Source: Candidatus Collierbacteria bacterium RIFCSPLOWO2_01_FULL_50_23
Lineage (GTDB): Bacteria > Patescibacteriota > Microgenomatia > UBA1400 > MFAQ01
Assembly: GCA_001774555.1 (NCBI GenBank)
Contig: MFAI01000036.1
Location: 1,488 to 65,487 of the forward strand
Direction of reading: 5' to 3'
DNA: 64,000 bases
Part shown: positions 9,434 through 18,755 of the stretch, piece after piece
How the letters are laid out: each line of letters opens with the position of its first letter
Numbering within the stretch: the stretch's first letter is position 1
Notes under the pieces: model-generated
What the model was told of the DNA's origin: nothing
Database searches by the model: none
What the model saw: only the letters and a program-made list of their open reading frames with translations
Translations under genes and position numbers: made by a program

Positions 9434-10426
9434 ATGTCAGTGCTACTCACATCGGGATGGATCCAGCTCCTGCTGGTCCTCCTGGGCATCGTCGCCCTGG
9501 TTGCCACCCTCTGGGCGATCTTCAGCGACACGTTCAACCGGGGCGAAAAGGCCGTCGCTGTCATCCCGAGCCTCGTCCTCGTCCTCTCCGCTTCAGGCGT
9601 TTTATGGGGCCAGACGCACATCGTCGTCCGACCTAACCAGTACGTCCTGGTGATCGACCGCCAGACGGGCGAACCGATCATTCCCCTGCGCGGCGCCGGC
9701 GTCACCGAAGTTCCGCTCTGGACCTGGACACGCTACGAGTACCCGGCGCAGAAGGACTACCAGTGGTGCCCGACGTTCACCCCGTCGTCGAAAAACGGGG
9801 CGTCGCTAACCGTGGTGGTCTGCTTCACCACCGATGCCAGCGCGATCGACTGGACAGCCCAGTTTCGCAGTTTCAACGGCGACCAGGACGTGGTCATGGC
9901 CGGCTGGCAAAACGCCGTCCAGACGGACGTCGCTTCAGCCTTTTCGAAGTTCGACCCTCGCGACTTGACCAACAAACGCTCAGATGTCGAAACCGGGATT
10001 TTCCAGGCCACCTTCGAGTGGTTCAAGTCCCACGGCATCAGCGTCACCATGGTGGGGCTCAAGAACTGGCAGTTTGCGTCACAGGCGATCAACGACGCCT
10101 ACGACCAAGCCCAGCTCTCCCAAACCAAGGTGGACGTGGCCAACGCCGAAAAGGCAGCCGCACAGGTCGAGCAGGAGACTGCATTGATCCGCGCTGAAAC
10201 CCAGGTCAAGGTGGTCACTACCTTGGCCGCAGGTCAGCGAGCGGCCTGCAATACCGCCGGCATGGTCAGCGAAACTGCCTGCCTGGAATACCTCCAGCTC
10301 GTCTGGCTCAGTCAGGGCGGCATCGACCCCAGCGTGGTCGTGATCACCGGCGGCGGCGATGCCGCTCCCGTGATCGCCCTGCCCGCCGAAAACGTGCCGG
10401 CAAACTCGCCGACGCAATCACCGTAA
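9434..10426 (+). CDS. SPFH / band-7 (stomatin-prohibitin-HflK/C-like) domain membrane protein
   Basis: N-terminal TM, then a region with the SPFH pattern (VVRPNQYVLVIDRQTGE ... LTVVVCF ... a long Ala/Gln/Glu-rich coiled-coil tail). Unusually high GC (~60%+) compared with flanks. Confidence 0.55.
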   Translation: MSVLLTSGWIQLLLVLLGIVALVATLWAIFSDTFNRGEKAVAVIPSLVLVLSASGVLWGQTHIVVRPNQYVLVIDRQTGEPIIPLRGAGVTEVPLWTWTRYEYPAQKDYQWCPTFTPSSKNGASLTVVVCFTTDASAIDWTAQFRSFNGDQDVVMAGWQNAVQTDVASAFSKFDPRDLTNKRSDVETGIFQATFEWFKSHGISVTMVGLKNWQFASQAINDAYDQAQLSQTKVDVANAEKAAAQVEQETALIRAETQVKVVTTLAAGQRAACNTAGMVSETACLEYLQLVWLSQGGIDPSVVVITGGGDAAPVIALPAENVPANSPTQSP

Positions 10427-10558
10427 GTCACCGGCGCGTGGCCATCTGGCCTCTCCGACACGCGCAGGTGCAAAAATCCCCACCGGAGGTGGCATCAGAT
10501 GATGCTGCCCGAGGTGGGGTTTTACGTTCGCCAGCTGGGTAGGGGATATAATAGATAC

Positions 10559-11068
10559 ATGAGCCGACCAATCGCTATTTTTGGTTTACCGGAGGAGAAA
10601 TTTGTCAACAAAGTTTTCTCTCTGCGCCAGAAACTCCTCGAGGAGAAAAAACTGGAAGAGGCCGAGTCCACCACCCTTCCGCACCTCACCATTCTCGTCA
10701 ACACCACTCTCGACGATCTGGTCAGCAACGACTTCCTCATCCAAAAACTAACCCCCCTGGTTTCAGTCCTAAAACATTTCTCCCTCACTGTCACCGGTTT
10801 CGAGAAACTGGACACCAGTATCATCGCCAAATTCGATACCGGCCTCACCCGGAAACTGGTCTACCAAACGTCATCCGTCCTGCCCGGTTTCCGCGCCATC
10901 ACCACCGATTTTCTCAAGATCCTCCGCCGCACGGTTCCAACCGCAACCGACGAAGCCCTTGAAACGGTAAAGACTGAATTCAAAAGTGAAATTACTATCG
11001 ACCGCATTTGTATCGCCGGCGGCAGTCTCCGCCGGGAGGATGTTATCTGGACCGGCAAACTGGGTTAG
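10559..11068 (+). CDS. Hypothetical protein, weak 2H-phosphoesterase (LigT-like) resemblance
   Basis: Start chosen at MSRPIAIFGLPEE (internal ATG of the track ORF). IAIFGLP and PHLTILV (H-x-T-x) resemble LigT motif 1, but the second H-x-T/S-x motif is not in the expected position. Confidence 0.3.
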   Translation: MSRPIAIFGLPEEKFVNKVFSLRQKLLEEKKLEEAESTTLPHLTILVNTTLDDLVSNDFLIQKLTPLVSVLKHFSLTVTGFEKLDTSIIAKFDTGLTRKLVYQTSSVLPGFRAITTDFLKILRRTVPTATDEALETVKTEFKSEITIDRICIAGGSLRREDVIWTGKLG

Positions 11069-11082
11069 GATATATTAGAGTG

Positions 11083-11742
11083 ATGAAATCAACTAAGTTT
11101 GCCATCGTCATGCTGGCAGCTTTTTTTATTTTCTCTCTCCTGGTGCTCTCCGGAGTCCTCGCCCAAATTGACCAAGATATAACCGTCGTAATTCAAAGTC
11201 GCCTAACCAAAACACTCGACACCCCTCTTTCCTTCCTTAGTCTACTGGGAGCCGCCGAGATCACCACTTTTTTTCTCTTGATTGCCCTATTTTTCATGAA
11301 ACTCCACCGCAGCCTGATCACTCTACTAATGTTTGCCTTGGGTACCGGTATCGAGTTACTTGGAAAAACCTTTCTCTATCATCCCGGCCCCCCGAACATA
11401 TTCTTTCGTTACAACCTGGAGGTTCTCTTCCCTTCCGCCTATGTCCAAACCGGCCACTCATATCCCTCGGGCCACAGCTTCCGTACTGCCTTTCTGACCG
11501 TCCTGGTCGGCTATCTGATCTTCCAATCCAAAAAGTTATCACAAAGGAGCAAAAAGAGCCTCTCTCTTCTCTGCTATCTCTTCCTGTTTTTGATGTTGCT
11601 TTCCCGCGTCTCTCTAGGAGAACACTGGACCACCGACGTCATCGGCGGACTACTCCTGGGCGCCGGTCTGGCCGGCCTCTCCATTTCTCTGATTACTCCA
11701 GGCACAAACAGTGGCAATTTTGACTCAAAACTGGTAAAATAG
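11083..11742 (+). CDS. PAP2-family membrane phosphatase (phosphatidic acid / undecaprenyl-PP phosphatase type)
   Basis: Start at MKSTKF. Multi-TM protein with PAP2 signature motifs PSGHS and SRVSLGEHWTTDV (SR-x5-H-x3-D). Confidence 0.7.
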   Translation: MKSTKFAIVMLAAFFIFSLLVLSGVLAQIDQDITVVIQSRLTKTLDTPLSFLSLLGAAEITTFFLLIALFFMKLHRSLITLLMFALGTGIELLGKTFLYHPGPPNIFFRYNLEVLFPSAYVQTGHSYPSGHSFRTAFLTVLVGYLIFQSKKLSQRSKKSLSLLCYLFLFLMLLSRVSLGEHWTTDVIGGLLLGAGLAGLSISLITPGTNSGNFDSKLVK

Positions 11743-11823
11743 GGCCACTCGTTAACGCCTGCTCGGGCTGAATTAACCTGGCAACAGGTTTTTTTGTGCC
11801 AGAGAACGTAGACCCATAATAAT

Positions 11824-13656
11824 ATGACAGACAGAAAGATCAGAAACATCGCCGTCATTGCCCACGTTGACCACGGCAAAACGACCCTAATTGACGCCCT
11901 CTTGAAGCAGAGTCATATTTTTCGTGACAATCAGGCGGAAATGAGCCAGACCACCATCCTCGACAGCAACGACCTTGAACGGGAGAAGGGGATTACCATC
12001 CTGGCCAAAAACACCGCCATTTCCTACCACGACGTCAAGATCAACGTCATCGATACCCCGGGACACGCCGATTTTTCCGGCGAGGTCGAACGGACTCTCG
12101 GTATGGCCGACGGCGCCCTCCTGATCATCGACGCCCAGGAAGGACCGATGCCCCAGACCCGTTTTGTGCTAAAAAAAGCCTTTGAACTCAACCTGAAGAT
12201 CATCGTGGTCATAAATAAGATCGATAAACCCTACGCCCGCGTTCCTGAAGTGATCGACAAAACCGACAATCTCTTTCTCGAATTGGCCACCCGAGACGAA
12301 CAGCTCGATTTTCCGATTCTCTACGCAGTCGGCCGCGACGGCAAAGCCTTCAAAGAACTACCAACCGACTTCAACCAGCCGGGAGACATCACCCCGCTGA
12401 TGGACGCCATCCTGGAATACATTCCCTCACCGGAAAACTCACTCGAGGGCAGCTTCAAAATGCTCGTTTCTAGCCTCGATTACGACTCCCACAAAGGCCG
12501 TTACATCATCGGTAAAATTTTCCGCGGCAGCATCAAACCCGGCGACAAAGTTGTCCTAAGCGGAAACAATCGAAGTTACACCATTGAGACCGTCCAGCTT
12601 TCCCGCGGTCTTTCTCGCTACGAAACAAACGAGGCTTTTGCCGGGGATATTGTTGCCCTGACCGGAGTATCCGATGCTAAGATCGGTGACACTATTGCCA
12701 ATGCCGCGGATACCGAGCCCCTAGCCGCCCCCAAGCTCACCGAGCCAACTCTTCATATGACCATCGCCGCCAACACCTCGCCTTTCTCTGCCCGCGAAGG
12801 CCAGTTCACCACCAGCCGTCAGCTGGAAGACCGCCTCTACAAAGAGCTTGAAACCAATCTTTCCCTCAAACTCGAAAAGCTCGAAAGCGGTAAGTTCCAG
12901 ATCTCCGGCAAAGGCGAACTCCACCTGGCTATTCTTCTCGAAACCCTTCGTCGTCAGGGCTATGAAATGGAAGTCGGTAAACCCGAGGTCATCGTCAGGA
13001 CCATCGATGGCATCAGTCAGGAGCCGGTCGAAGAGGTCAGTATCATCGTCCCCAGTGAGTATCTGGGCACTATCACCCAGGAGATCGGCAAGCGTCTTGG
13101 GGTGATGGTCAAAATGGAGCCCATTTACGGCGTCGAGACCGAGTTCACCTATACCATCCCAACCAGGAACATCATCGGCCTAAGGAGCCTGCTTCTGACG
13201 GCTACCAAGGGCACCGCCGTGTTCAGTTCCCAGGTGACCGGCTACCAGCCTGTAGGCAACCCTCTGCCCAAGCTCCGCCGTGGAGTACTTATCTCCTCAG
13301 AAACCGGTGAGGCTCTGGCTTATGGCCTCCAAAACGCCCAGGGTCGTGGTATCACCTTCGTCGGGCCGGGAACGGAGGTCTACGAGGGCATGATCATCGG
13401 CGTCAACGCCAAGGAAGAGGATATTGAGATCAACGTCACCAAAGGCAAGAAGCTCACCAACATGCGCTCCCAAGCCTCAGATGGTGTCATCCAACTTACT
13501 CCGGCTACCGTCATGAGTTTGGAGCAGTCTTTGGACTTCCTCGAGGGCGATGAGCTCCTGGAGATCACCCCGGTCTCCCTCCGCTTACGCAAGAAGTATC
13601 TGACCGAGATCGATCGCAGACGTACCAACCGCGGACAATCGGCCATTTCCCAATAA
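11824..13656 (+). CDS. typA: Translational GTPase TypA/BipA
   Basis: 610 aa. G1 [10 protein letters not shown]3 DTPGH, G4 NKID. Domain order and length match BipA rather than EF-G or LepA. Confidence 0.9.
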   Translation: MTDRKIRNIAVIAHVDHGKTTLIDALLKQSHIFRDNQAEMSQTTILDSNDLEREKGITILAKNTAISYHDVKINVIDTPGHADFSGEVERTLGMADGALLIIDAQEGPMPQTRFVLKKAFELNLKIIVVINKIDKPYARVPEVIDKTDNLFLELATRDEQLDFPILYAVGRDGKAFKELPTDFNQPGDITPLMDAILEYIPSPENSLEGSFKMLVSSLDYDSHKGRYIIGKIFRGSIKPGDKVVLSGNNRSYTIETVQLSRGLSRYETNEAFAGDIVALTGVSDAKIGDTIANAADTEPLAAPKLTEPTLHMTIAANTSPFSAREGQFTTSRQLEDRLYKELETNLSLKLEKLESGKFQISGKGELHLAILLETLRRQGYEMEVGKPEVIVRTIDGISQEPVEEVSIIVPSEYLGTITQEIGKRLGVMVKMEPIYGVETEFTYTIPTRNIIGLRSLLLTATKGTAVFSSQVTGYQPVGNPLPKLRRGVLISSETGEALAYGLQNAQGRGITFVGPGTEVYEGMIIGVNAKEEDIEINVTKGKKLTNMRSQASDGVIQLTPATVMSLEQSLDFLEGDELLEITPVSLRLRKKYLTEIDRRRTNRGQSAISQ

Positions 13657-13702
13657 TCAAGTTTTCAATCGTTTGGTAGCCGTGAGATAATACCCATGTA
13701 TC

Positions 13703-13789
13703 GCCGAGGTGGTGAAATGGTAGCCACGCGGGACTTAAAATCCCGTTCCCTTCAAAGGAGTGCGGGTTCGAGTCCCGCCCTCGGCACCA
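13703..13789 (+). tRNA. tRNA-Leu (anticodon TAA)
   Basis: Acceptor GCCGAGG/CCTCGGC with discriminator A and encoded CCA. Anticodon loop CTTAAAA. Long variable arm. T-arm GCGGG-TTCGAGT-CCCGC. Confidence 0.85.
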
Positions 13790-13790
13790 T

Positions 13791-13864
<74 letters not shown>

Positions 13865-13960
13865 CTAATCCATTCCACTCCCATACCAATCTGCCAAATT
13901 TCCGCTATCCATTGGTGGTGGGGGGTCATCAGGTCCAAACTAGTTCTTTTTTTCACTCAC

Positions 13961-14033
13961 GGAGCGGGTGAGGGGAGTCGGACCCCTGTCATCAGCTTGG
14001 AAAGCTGAGGTAATACCGTTATACGACACCCGC
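13961..14033 (-). tRNA. tRNA-Gly (anticodon TCC)
   Basis: Reverse complement reads GCGGGTG-TC-GTAT-AACGGTA-TTAC-C-TCAGC-TTTCCAA-GCTGA-TGAC-AGGGG-TCCGACT-CCCCT-CACCCGC-T-CC. Very close to canonical bacterial tRNA-Gly(UCC). T-loop TCCGACT is atypical. Confidence 0.8.
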
Positions 14034-14270
14034 TAATTCACTCGTATTTTACCAAATTTCGAGGGCAAAAAATTCGAAATAGCACTCTCGGGTTTTCTAA
14101 ACCATCTTGCCGCCACCAATCAGGAATGTTCTGTCGAGCTTCACCACCGGAAGAAAACGGTCCAAACCAACCAAGGATTTTTATATCCCTATCGCATTGA
14201 TACCTTCCGAGATAGAGATAAATACCAGGCTGAAACTTCTCGATATCAAATGCAGACTTCAGAACTTCCA

Positions 14271-14347
14271 TGGTCGGGGTGAGAGGACTCGAACCTCCGG
14301 CCTCTGCGTCCCAAACGCAGCGCTCTAGCCATCTGAGCTACACCCCG
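14271..14347 (-). tRNA. tRNA-Pro (anticodon TGG)
   Basis: Reverse complement: CGGGGTG-TA-GCTC-AGATGGCTA-GAGC-G-CTGCG-TTTGGGA-CGCAG-AGGCC-GGAGG-TTCGAGT-CCTCT-CACCCCG-A-CCA. Confidence 0.85.
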
Positions 14348-14399
14348 ATACGCCTATTTTAGCAAAGTCAGCCATGAATAGGTTAAAATATAAGGGTAT

Positions 14400-14477
14400 G
14401 GTGGGTGTAGCTTAGTTGGTTCAAAGCGCCTCCCTGTGGAGGAGGAGATCGCGGGTTCGACTCCCGTCACTCACCCA
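14400..14477 (+). tRNA. tRNA-His (anticodon GTG) with encoded G-1
   Basis: G(-1) precedes acceptor GTGGGTG, pairing with discriminator C73. Anticodon loop CTGTGGA. T-arm GCGGG-TTCGACT-CCCGT. Confidence 0.8.
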
Positions 14478-14564
14478 AAAAGGTGATATAGATTGATATA
14501 TCGGTATATACATGTCATTACACCTTGCTCGTCCAAAAAGTATGAATATATTAAGATAAATACT

Positions 14565-15368
14565 ATGAATGAAAAAGAAATTATAGGGATCATTAAAAGC
14601 ACGGTCTCTGTAGGTGTTACTGAGTCAATTGGACACAGAAGCTCAATGGAGGACACTCATCTTACAGTTACAAAACTCAATACCTCAAAAAACGATGGTG
14701 TGGAAAAATCCTTTTTTGCAGTGTTTGATGGTCACGGTGGGTCAGATGGCTCAAACCTGGCGAGAGAAACTGTTGAGGAAATAGTAATTGAAAATCTTAA
14801 CTTAGACAAACAGCCTGAGGAAGCACTGCGAGACACGTTTCACCAAATTGATAAAGGAATAGAAGATTCTGGTTTTCCATATGGATGCACCGCAGCCTCA
14901 GTTTTGTTAGAAGGAAACTCGCTAACGGTCGCAAATGTCGGTGACACCAGAGTTCTATTGATTAAACTCGGTGAAGGCGAAGAAACAGCTCAAAGGATTT
15001 CAAAAGATCATACCCTTAGTGATGAAGAAGAAGTGGAACGCGTTAAAGCTACAGGTGCTCAAATTGCAAGAGGAAGAATTATGGTTGGAAATGTCGGAAT
15101 AAACGTTGTTAGAGCTTTGGGGGATAAGTTTTTTGGTGAAGCAGTATCTGCTGACCCAACAGTATCAAAACAAATATTGGCTCCTGGTAAATACCGCGTA
15201 GTATTAGAATGCGATGGTGTTTGGCAGGCAGTCCCAGATGAAGACTTGGCGAAACTGATCACAGGAAAGAACCCTAAGGATGCAACCGAAGCACTTGTAA
15301 AAAAAGCAAATGACGATTGGGTGAATGACAACTTTACAGCGATTGTTGTAGATATTGAGATATTTTAG
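14565..15368 (+). CDS. PP2C-family (PPM) Ser/Thr protein phosphatase
   Basis: Start at MNEKEI. PPM motifs GHRSSMEDTH, FFAVFDGHGGSDGS, a later DG ... GD metal-binding region and a C-terminal D-x-DN. Low-GC (~38-40%) gene. Confidence 0.75.
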   Translation: MNEKEIIGIIKSTVSVGVTESIGHRSSMEDTHLTVTKLNTSKNDGVEKSFFAVFDGHGGSDGSNLARETVEEIVIENLNLDKQPEEALRDTFHQIDKGIEDSGFPYGCTAASVLLEGNSLTVANVGDTRVLLIKLGEGEETAQRISKDHTLSDEEEVERVKATGAQIARGRIMVGNVGINVVRALGDKFFGEAVSADPTVSKQILAPGKYRVVLECDGVWQAVPDEDLAKLITGKNPKDATEALVKKANDDWVNDNFTAIVVDIEIF

Positions 15369-15422
15369 GAATAACGGTCACATATATCTCCATCATTCTC
15401 TTTATCGCTGGCGTCGAGAAAA

Positions 15423-15505
15423 CCTCGGCCTTTCAGGCCGAGGATGAAAGACGCACTAAGGATATTTCTTCCTTGGCGAGAAACCCACGGCCTTTCAGGC
15501 CGGGG
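15423..15505. repeat. Tandem pair of near-identical GC hairpins (cctcggcc-tttc-aggccgagg and ccacggcc-tttc-aggccgggg) about 62 nt apart
   Basis: Direct inspection: two copies of a ~60 nt unit, each containing a GGCC-TTTC-GGCC hairpin, between the PP2C gene and the next ORF. No downstream U-tract. Confidence 0.45.
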
Positions 15506-15511
15506 AGTTTC

Positions 15512-15563
15512 ATTTGCGCACAAATCGGTTCCAAGAACTCATCATCAAGAACCCCAAAACACC
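15512..15563. repeat. Copy 1 of a ~52 bp direct repeat (atttgcgcacaaatcggttccaagaactcatc...gaaccccaaaacac), spanning the TTG start of ORF 15514..16290
   Basis: About 88% identical to copy 2 at 16984..17034, same orientation. Confidence 0.55.
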
Positions 15564-16290
15564 CCATAACCTTGTAGGGAGCTCCAAAAATGGTATCATT
15601 TCGAGCATGGGGAAACCAAAAGAAGCCCAAGGCACACCCGAGCAAACCACTTTCGAAAATACCCTTCAATTAAGATTCAGAGGATTAGTGCTCGACATGC
15701 TTTTTACTCGATGGCACTCGGAGGAGCTTGATCGACTGCTTGATTTATATCAAAAAGGGGATCTTGATGCTTGTTATATTCTCGGCTTCGTATCAACTCA
15801 CCATGAGGCAAAGGTATGTCCTGAGCACTATGGTGCTGGCCGAAACCTTTGGGACTACGTTACCAAAGAGATGTATCCACTACTACAAGCTAAATATGGA
15901 AACCAGGTTGGCTCGGACATATACCGGCAACTGTTCGGCTTCCTTTTTGAAAACCAAGACCTAGTAGCAGATGGAGAGCTAAACCAAACCTTGGTCCTAT
16001 CCTGGCTAAGTAGTCTCGAGGCTGCACTCGGACACATTGAACAGACTATTTTCATTTCAGCGGGTAATTCGACCAAGACTTATCTTGAATCCAAAATCCA
16101 AGAAACTGAGGCTAACGTTCAAGTCTTTAGAATCGCTCTCGTAGAAAACGGTGGGGAATTGAAAAATGGCAGAAGGGTCGATCAAGAATACATTGATGGT
16201 CTAGAAAAGAAAATTAGGTCCTACAATGAGGCGTTAAACCGTCTGAAAGACTTTCAAACAAGCGTCGGGAAAATCATTTTGGAAAGCTAA
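15514..16290 (+). CDS. Hypothetical protein (no recognisable domain)
   Basis: 258 aa ORF with a TTG start in the track; alternative ATG starts lie downstream. Low GC. No motif recognised. Confidence 0.35.
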   Translation: MRTNRFQELIIKNPKTPHNLVGSSKNGIISSMGKPKEAQGTPEQTTFENTLQLRFRGLVLDMLFTRWHSEELDRLLDLYQKGDLDACYILGFVSTHHEAKVCPEHYGAGRNLWDYVTKEMYPLLQAKYGNQVGSDIYRQLFGFLFENQDLVADGELNQTLVLSWLSSLEAALGHIEQTIFISAGNSTKTYLESKIQETEANVQVFRIALVENGGELKNGRRVDQEYIDGLEKKIRSYNEALNRLKDFQTSVGKIILES

Positions 16291-16367
16291 ATAAATTCTA
16301 CACTCATCCAGCCAGTGACCCAATAATATGATATATATTGATATATCAATGTATATCCAAATGTAAA

Positions 16368-16898
16368 TTAATTTAATTTCTTTGAGTAAAATACAGCGTC
16401 ACCGTTGCCGTAGTATTCTTTCAAAATCCCAATCTTGACGAAACCCAATTTTTCATAAAACTTATGATCTGCCGTTAGAAGAACATGGGTACTAAGGATC
16501 AGGCTTTTTGCCCCCATTTCTCTTGCAGCATTTTCGGCCATTTCTACAAGCTTCGAACCGATTCCAAGTCCGCGAGTGGAAGAGTCAACTGCTAGTACGA
16601 ACATCTCAGCTTTATTACCATCTGGCCAACTAATAGGATTTTGTTTCCCAAATAAGACAATACCTAATAACTTTCCGTCCTCATTTCTTGCTTCAAGCAA
16701 AAAACCATGCTTCAAATAATCCTTAACCTGATCGATGTCAAGCCACTCCTTAAGAGTTTGGCCTTTATTCTCCACATCGAAACTAGCCTGATCTCCAGGA
16801 GTCAATGCGTTAAAAGCGTTCTCCAAGAAACAACTTAGTTCTGTAAGACTTGGATTCTCTTGAATCTCATATTTCACCTCTTCGTTTGTAGTAGCCAT
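16368..16898 (-). CDS. GNAT-family N-acetyltransferase
   Basis: 176 aa. Acetyl-CoA binding motif A VDSSTRGLGIGSKLVEMAENAARE (R-x-x-G-x-G/A) and a GNAT-length fold. Confidence 0.75.
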   Translation of the reverse strand: MATTNEEVKYEIQENPSLTELSCFLENAFNALTPGDQASFDVENKGQTLKEWLDIDQVKDYLKHGFLLEARNEDGKLLGIVLFGKQNPISWPDGNKAEMFVLAVDSSTRGLGIGSKLVEMAENAAREMGAKSLILSTHVLLTADHKFYEKLGFVKIGILKEYYGNGDAVFYSKKLN

Positions 16899-16983
16899 TA
16901 CAACGATTATACAAGTTCAATATGTCGCTAGGCCACGTTATCCTGAAACATATGAGGGCGTAAATAACTCTCGTAATTTTGCA

Positions 16984-17034
16984 ATTTGCGCACAAACCGG
17001 TTCTAAGATCTCATCGGGAAGAACCCCAAAACAC
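16984..17034. repeat. Copy 2 of the ~52 bp direct repeat (atttgcgcacaaaccggttctaagatctcatcgggaagaaccccaaaacac)
   Basis: Intergenic between the GNAT start and the HExxH gene stop. The in-frame reading hits a stop after 6 codons, so this is a remnant or boundary copy. Confidence 0.55.
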
Positions 17035-17072
17035 TTGGCAAGGTTTAATAAATCAACTGAGGCCTGAATAAA

Positions 17073-18056
17073 CTATCGTTTTGCGGCAATAATAGTTTTC
17101 AACAAAGAGGCCTCTTGGGTACCGCTTTCCAGTAACATCGCCAGAATATCTTTGTTGAAGTGAAGAATAATCTCCTTGGCTAACTTGTTCCTAGCACCGG
17201 TTTTACCAATTCGTACATCAGCGAAAATTTCAAGCAAATTGGGGATTTCATCCCGCAAAAGAAAAAATATTTGCAGAATATGGGTGTACTCTGTAGTTTT
17301 AAAAACCGCGCTGTCATCAACCCTCAAAAAAGTCGTAATTAGCTTTGGGTCAAGACCTTGCTTAATCGCGTTAGCGGTGACAAACTTTATGCTTTCAGCG
17401 ACAAATGGATTATCAATATTCTTGATGTTTGTTGCCGTATATCCTTCGGTATATATCTCTTCTAATAGATCTTTCGACGATGACATGCTCATCTTATCCA
17501 TACCCGCCAAAACATCAATACTGTCATACTCCAATTCATCGGTTGAATTAGCTGTTTGATCAGGTTTTATCCGTATAACACCCCTCTGTCTTGAAACAGC
17601 ATGACGACATTCGTGGAACAGAACCGTCGAAACTTGAAAAATGCCAAATTGATCCAGATTCTCAGGATAAAGAACCACAACCATTCTTTCCAATGGGAAA
17701 TAATAGCCTTTTACAGTATCTTCGTCAGGAAAGAAACCTTTGCGCACGAATAACACTTTTAATTCGAACTGTCCTTCTTCGATCAATCCTTCCCCTGAAG
17801 CTTGGTGTCTAAAATATTGGACGACATCGTTACGTATGGATTGAATTTTGGGGTCAATACCATTTTCCGGAACAGCGAATTTCTCTATGTTATCTTTAAT
17901 TTCTTCTGAAATTACACGGGGCTCATGTTTGCCTACCGGTACCAACAGTCCACGCAATTCATCTCGCAACTTCGTTTCTTTGATAGCTTTATCTTTTATT
18001 TGAGGCAAGACGCCCTTATTTTGCAGTACCACATCAGCTTCAATTACAGGTTCCAT
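17073..18056 (-). CDS. Hypothetical protein with HExxH motif (putative zinc-dependent metallopeptidase)
   Basis: 327 aa with FHECRHAV (HExxH). No signal peptide. Low GC. Confidence 0.4.
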   Translation of the reverse strand: MEPVIEADVVLQNKGVLPQIKDKAIKETKLRDELRGLLVPVGKHEPRVISEEIKDNIEKFAVPENGIDPKIQSIRNDVVQYFRHQASGEGLIEEGQFELKVLFVRKGFFPDEDTVKGYYFPLERMVVVLYPENLDQFGIFQVSTVLFHECRHAVSRQRGVIRIKPDQTANSTDELEYDSIDVLAGMDKMSMSSSKDLLEEIYTEGYTATNIKNIDNPFVAESIKFVTANAIKQGLDPKLITTFLRVDDSAVFKTTEYTHILQIFFLLRDEIPNLLEIFADVRIGKTGARNKLAKEIILHFNKDILAMLLESGTQEASLLKTIIAAKR

Positions 18057-18113
18057 AATACTTAGTATATCCTCCGATTTACGTAAACCACAGGAAGAAC
18101 CCCAAAAAGCCCG

Positions 18114-18755
18114 TCAGGAAAAATCTGCCTCGACCAGACGGTTAAGAACAGCGGAATCAAGATCCGCCTTATTTACTATTTCGCCCGCATTTAACCTCAT
18201 CAGCTTCCTCCAGTTACTAACATGGGTAACCAATTTGACCCTTAGCTTTTCCATAACCAACTCCTGATTTGGCATGGCTTTCCGCGATTCCTCCGCACTA
18301 GCTCTTATGCCGGTAATCAAATGTATCCTGGCCCGGGCATTTCTACTCGTTTGCCGGCCACTACCGCCGGCATGAACACTGGCCGTGAACTGCTCCCATT
18401 TTCCGCACTCGTCATTTGTAATCCGCATTGAATCCGGATTATTTATGTATTGCATCAGCCAGTCCAGGTATTTTGTCAGCCCTGGGACTGACGGATTCTC
18501 TCCGTCCTGCTCCGATAAGTATCTCAAGATACTATCGACTTCGTCAGCTGGGGACTTTTCGTCGTTCTCTCTTCTGTCCATGGCATTATCCACTTGACCA
18601 AGACGCGCCTCTGATCCCTTGTGGATCCTTCTCCCTTTACTCCCCCAAGATTCAGCTTTCTTCTTTTTTCCACCACCGCCAGATCCGCCCCTGCCATGAA
18701 TCTTCTCATCAATAACATCAGCCAACTCATCCTCCGAAAGGCTTCTTTCTATCAT
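18114..18755 (-). CDS. Hypothetical protein with Gly-rich/Lys-rich N-terminal tract
   Basis: 213 aa. GRGGSGGGGKKKKAESWGSKGRR low-complexity segment. No recognised domain. Confidence 0.3.
   Translation of the reverse strand: MIERSLSEDELADVIDEKIHGRGGSGGGGKKKKAESWGSKGRRIHKGSEARLGQVDNAMDRRENDEKSPADEVDSILRYLSEQDGENPSVPGLTKYLDWLMQYINNPDSMRITNDECGKWEQFTASVHAGGSGRQTSRNARARIHLITGIRASAEESRKAMPNQELVMEKLRVKLVTHVSNWRKLMRLNAGEIVNKADLDSAVLNRLVEADFS

Noticed and set aside
9757-10417. Multiple long ORFs on other frames and strands (9757..10092 -, 9763..10197 +, 9984..10187 +, 10079..10417 -) overlapping the SPFH gene
   Set aside because: High GC suppresses stop codons in all frames. The translations are Arg/Pro/Gly-rich low-complexity with no motifs, while the plus-frame 9434..10426 has a TM segment plus the SPFH pattern.
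10559-11068. Confident LigT / 2'-5' RNA ligase call
   Set aside because: Only the first H-x-T-x block (PHLTILV) and the N-terminal IAIFGLP resemble LigT. The second catalytic H-x-T/S-x motif is not where expected, so it is kept as a weak or hypothetical call.
14038-14328. Track ORFs 14038..14271 (-) and 14107..14328 (+) between tRNA-Gly and tRNA-Pro
   Set aside because: They overlap each other and the tRNA-Pro gene, have no start context or motifs, and are most likely non-coding spacer.
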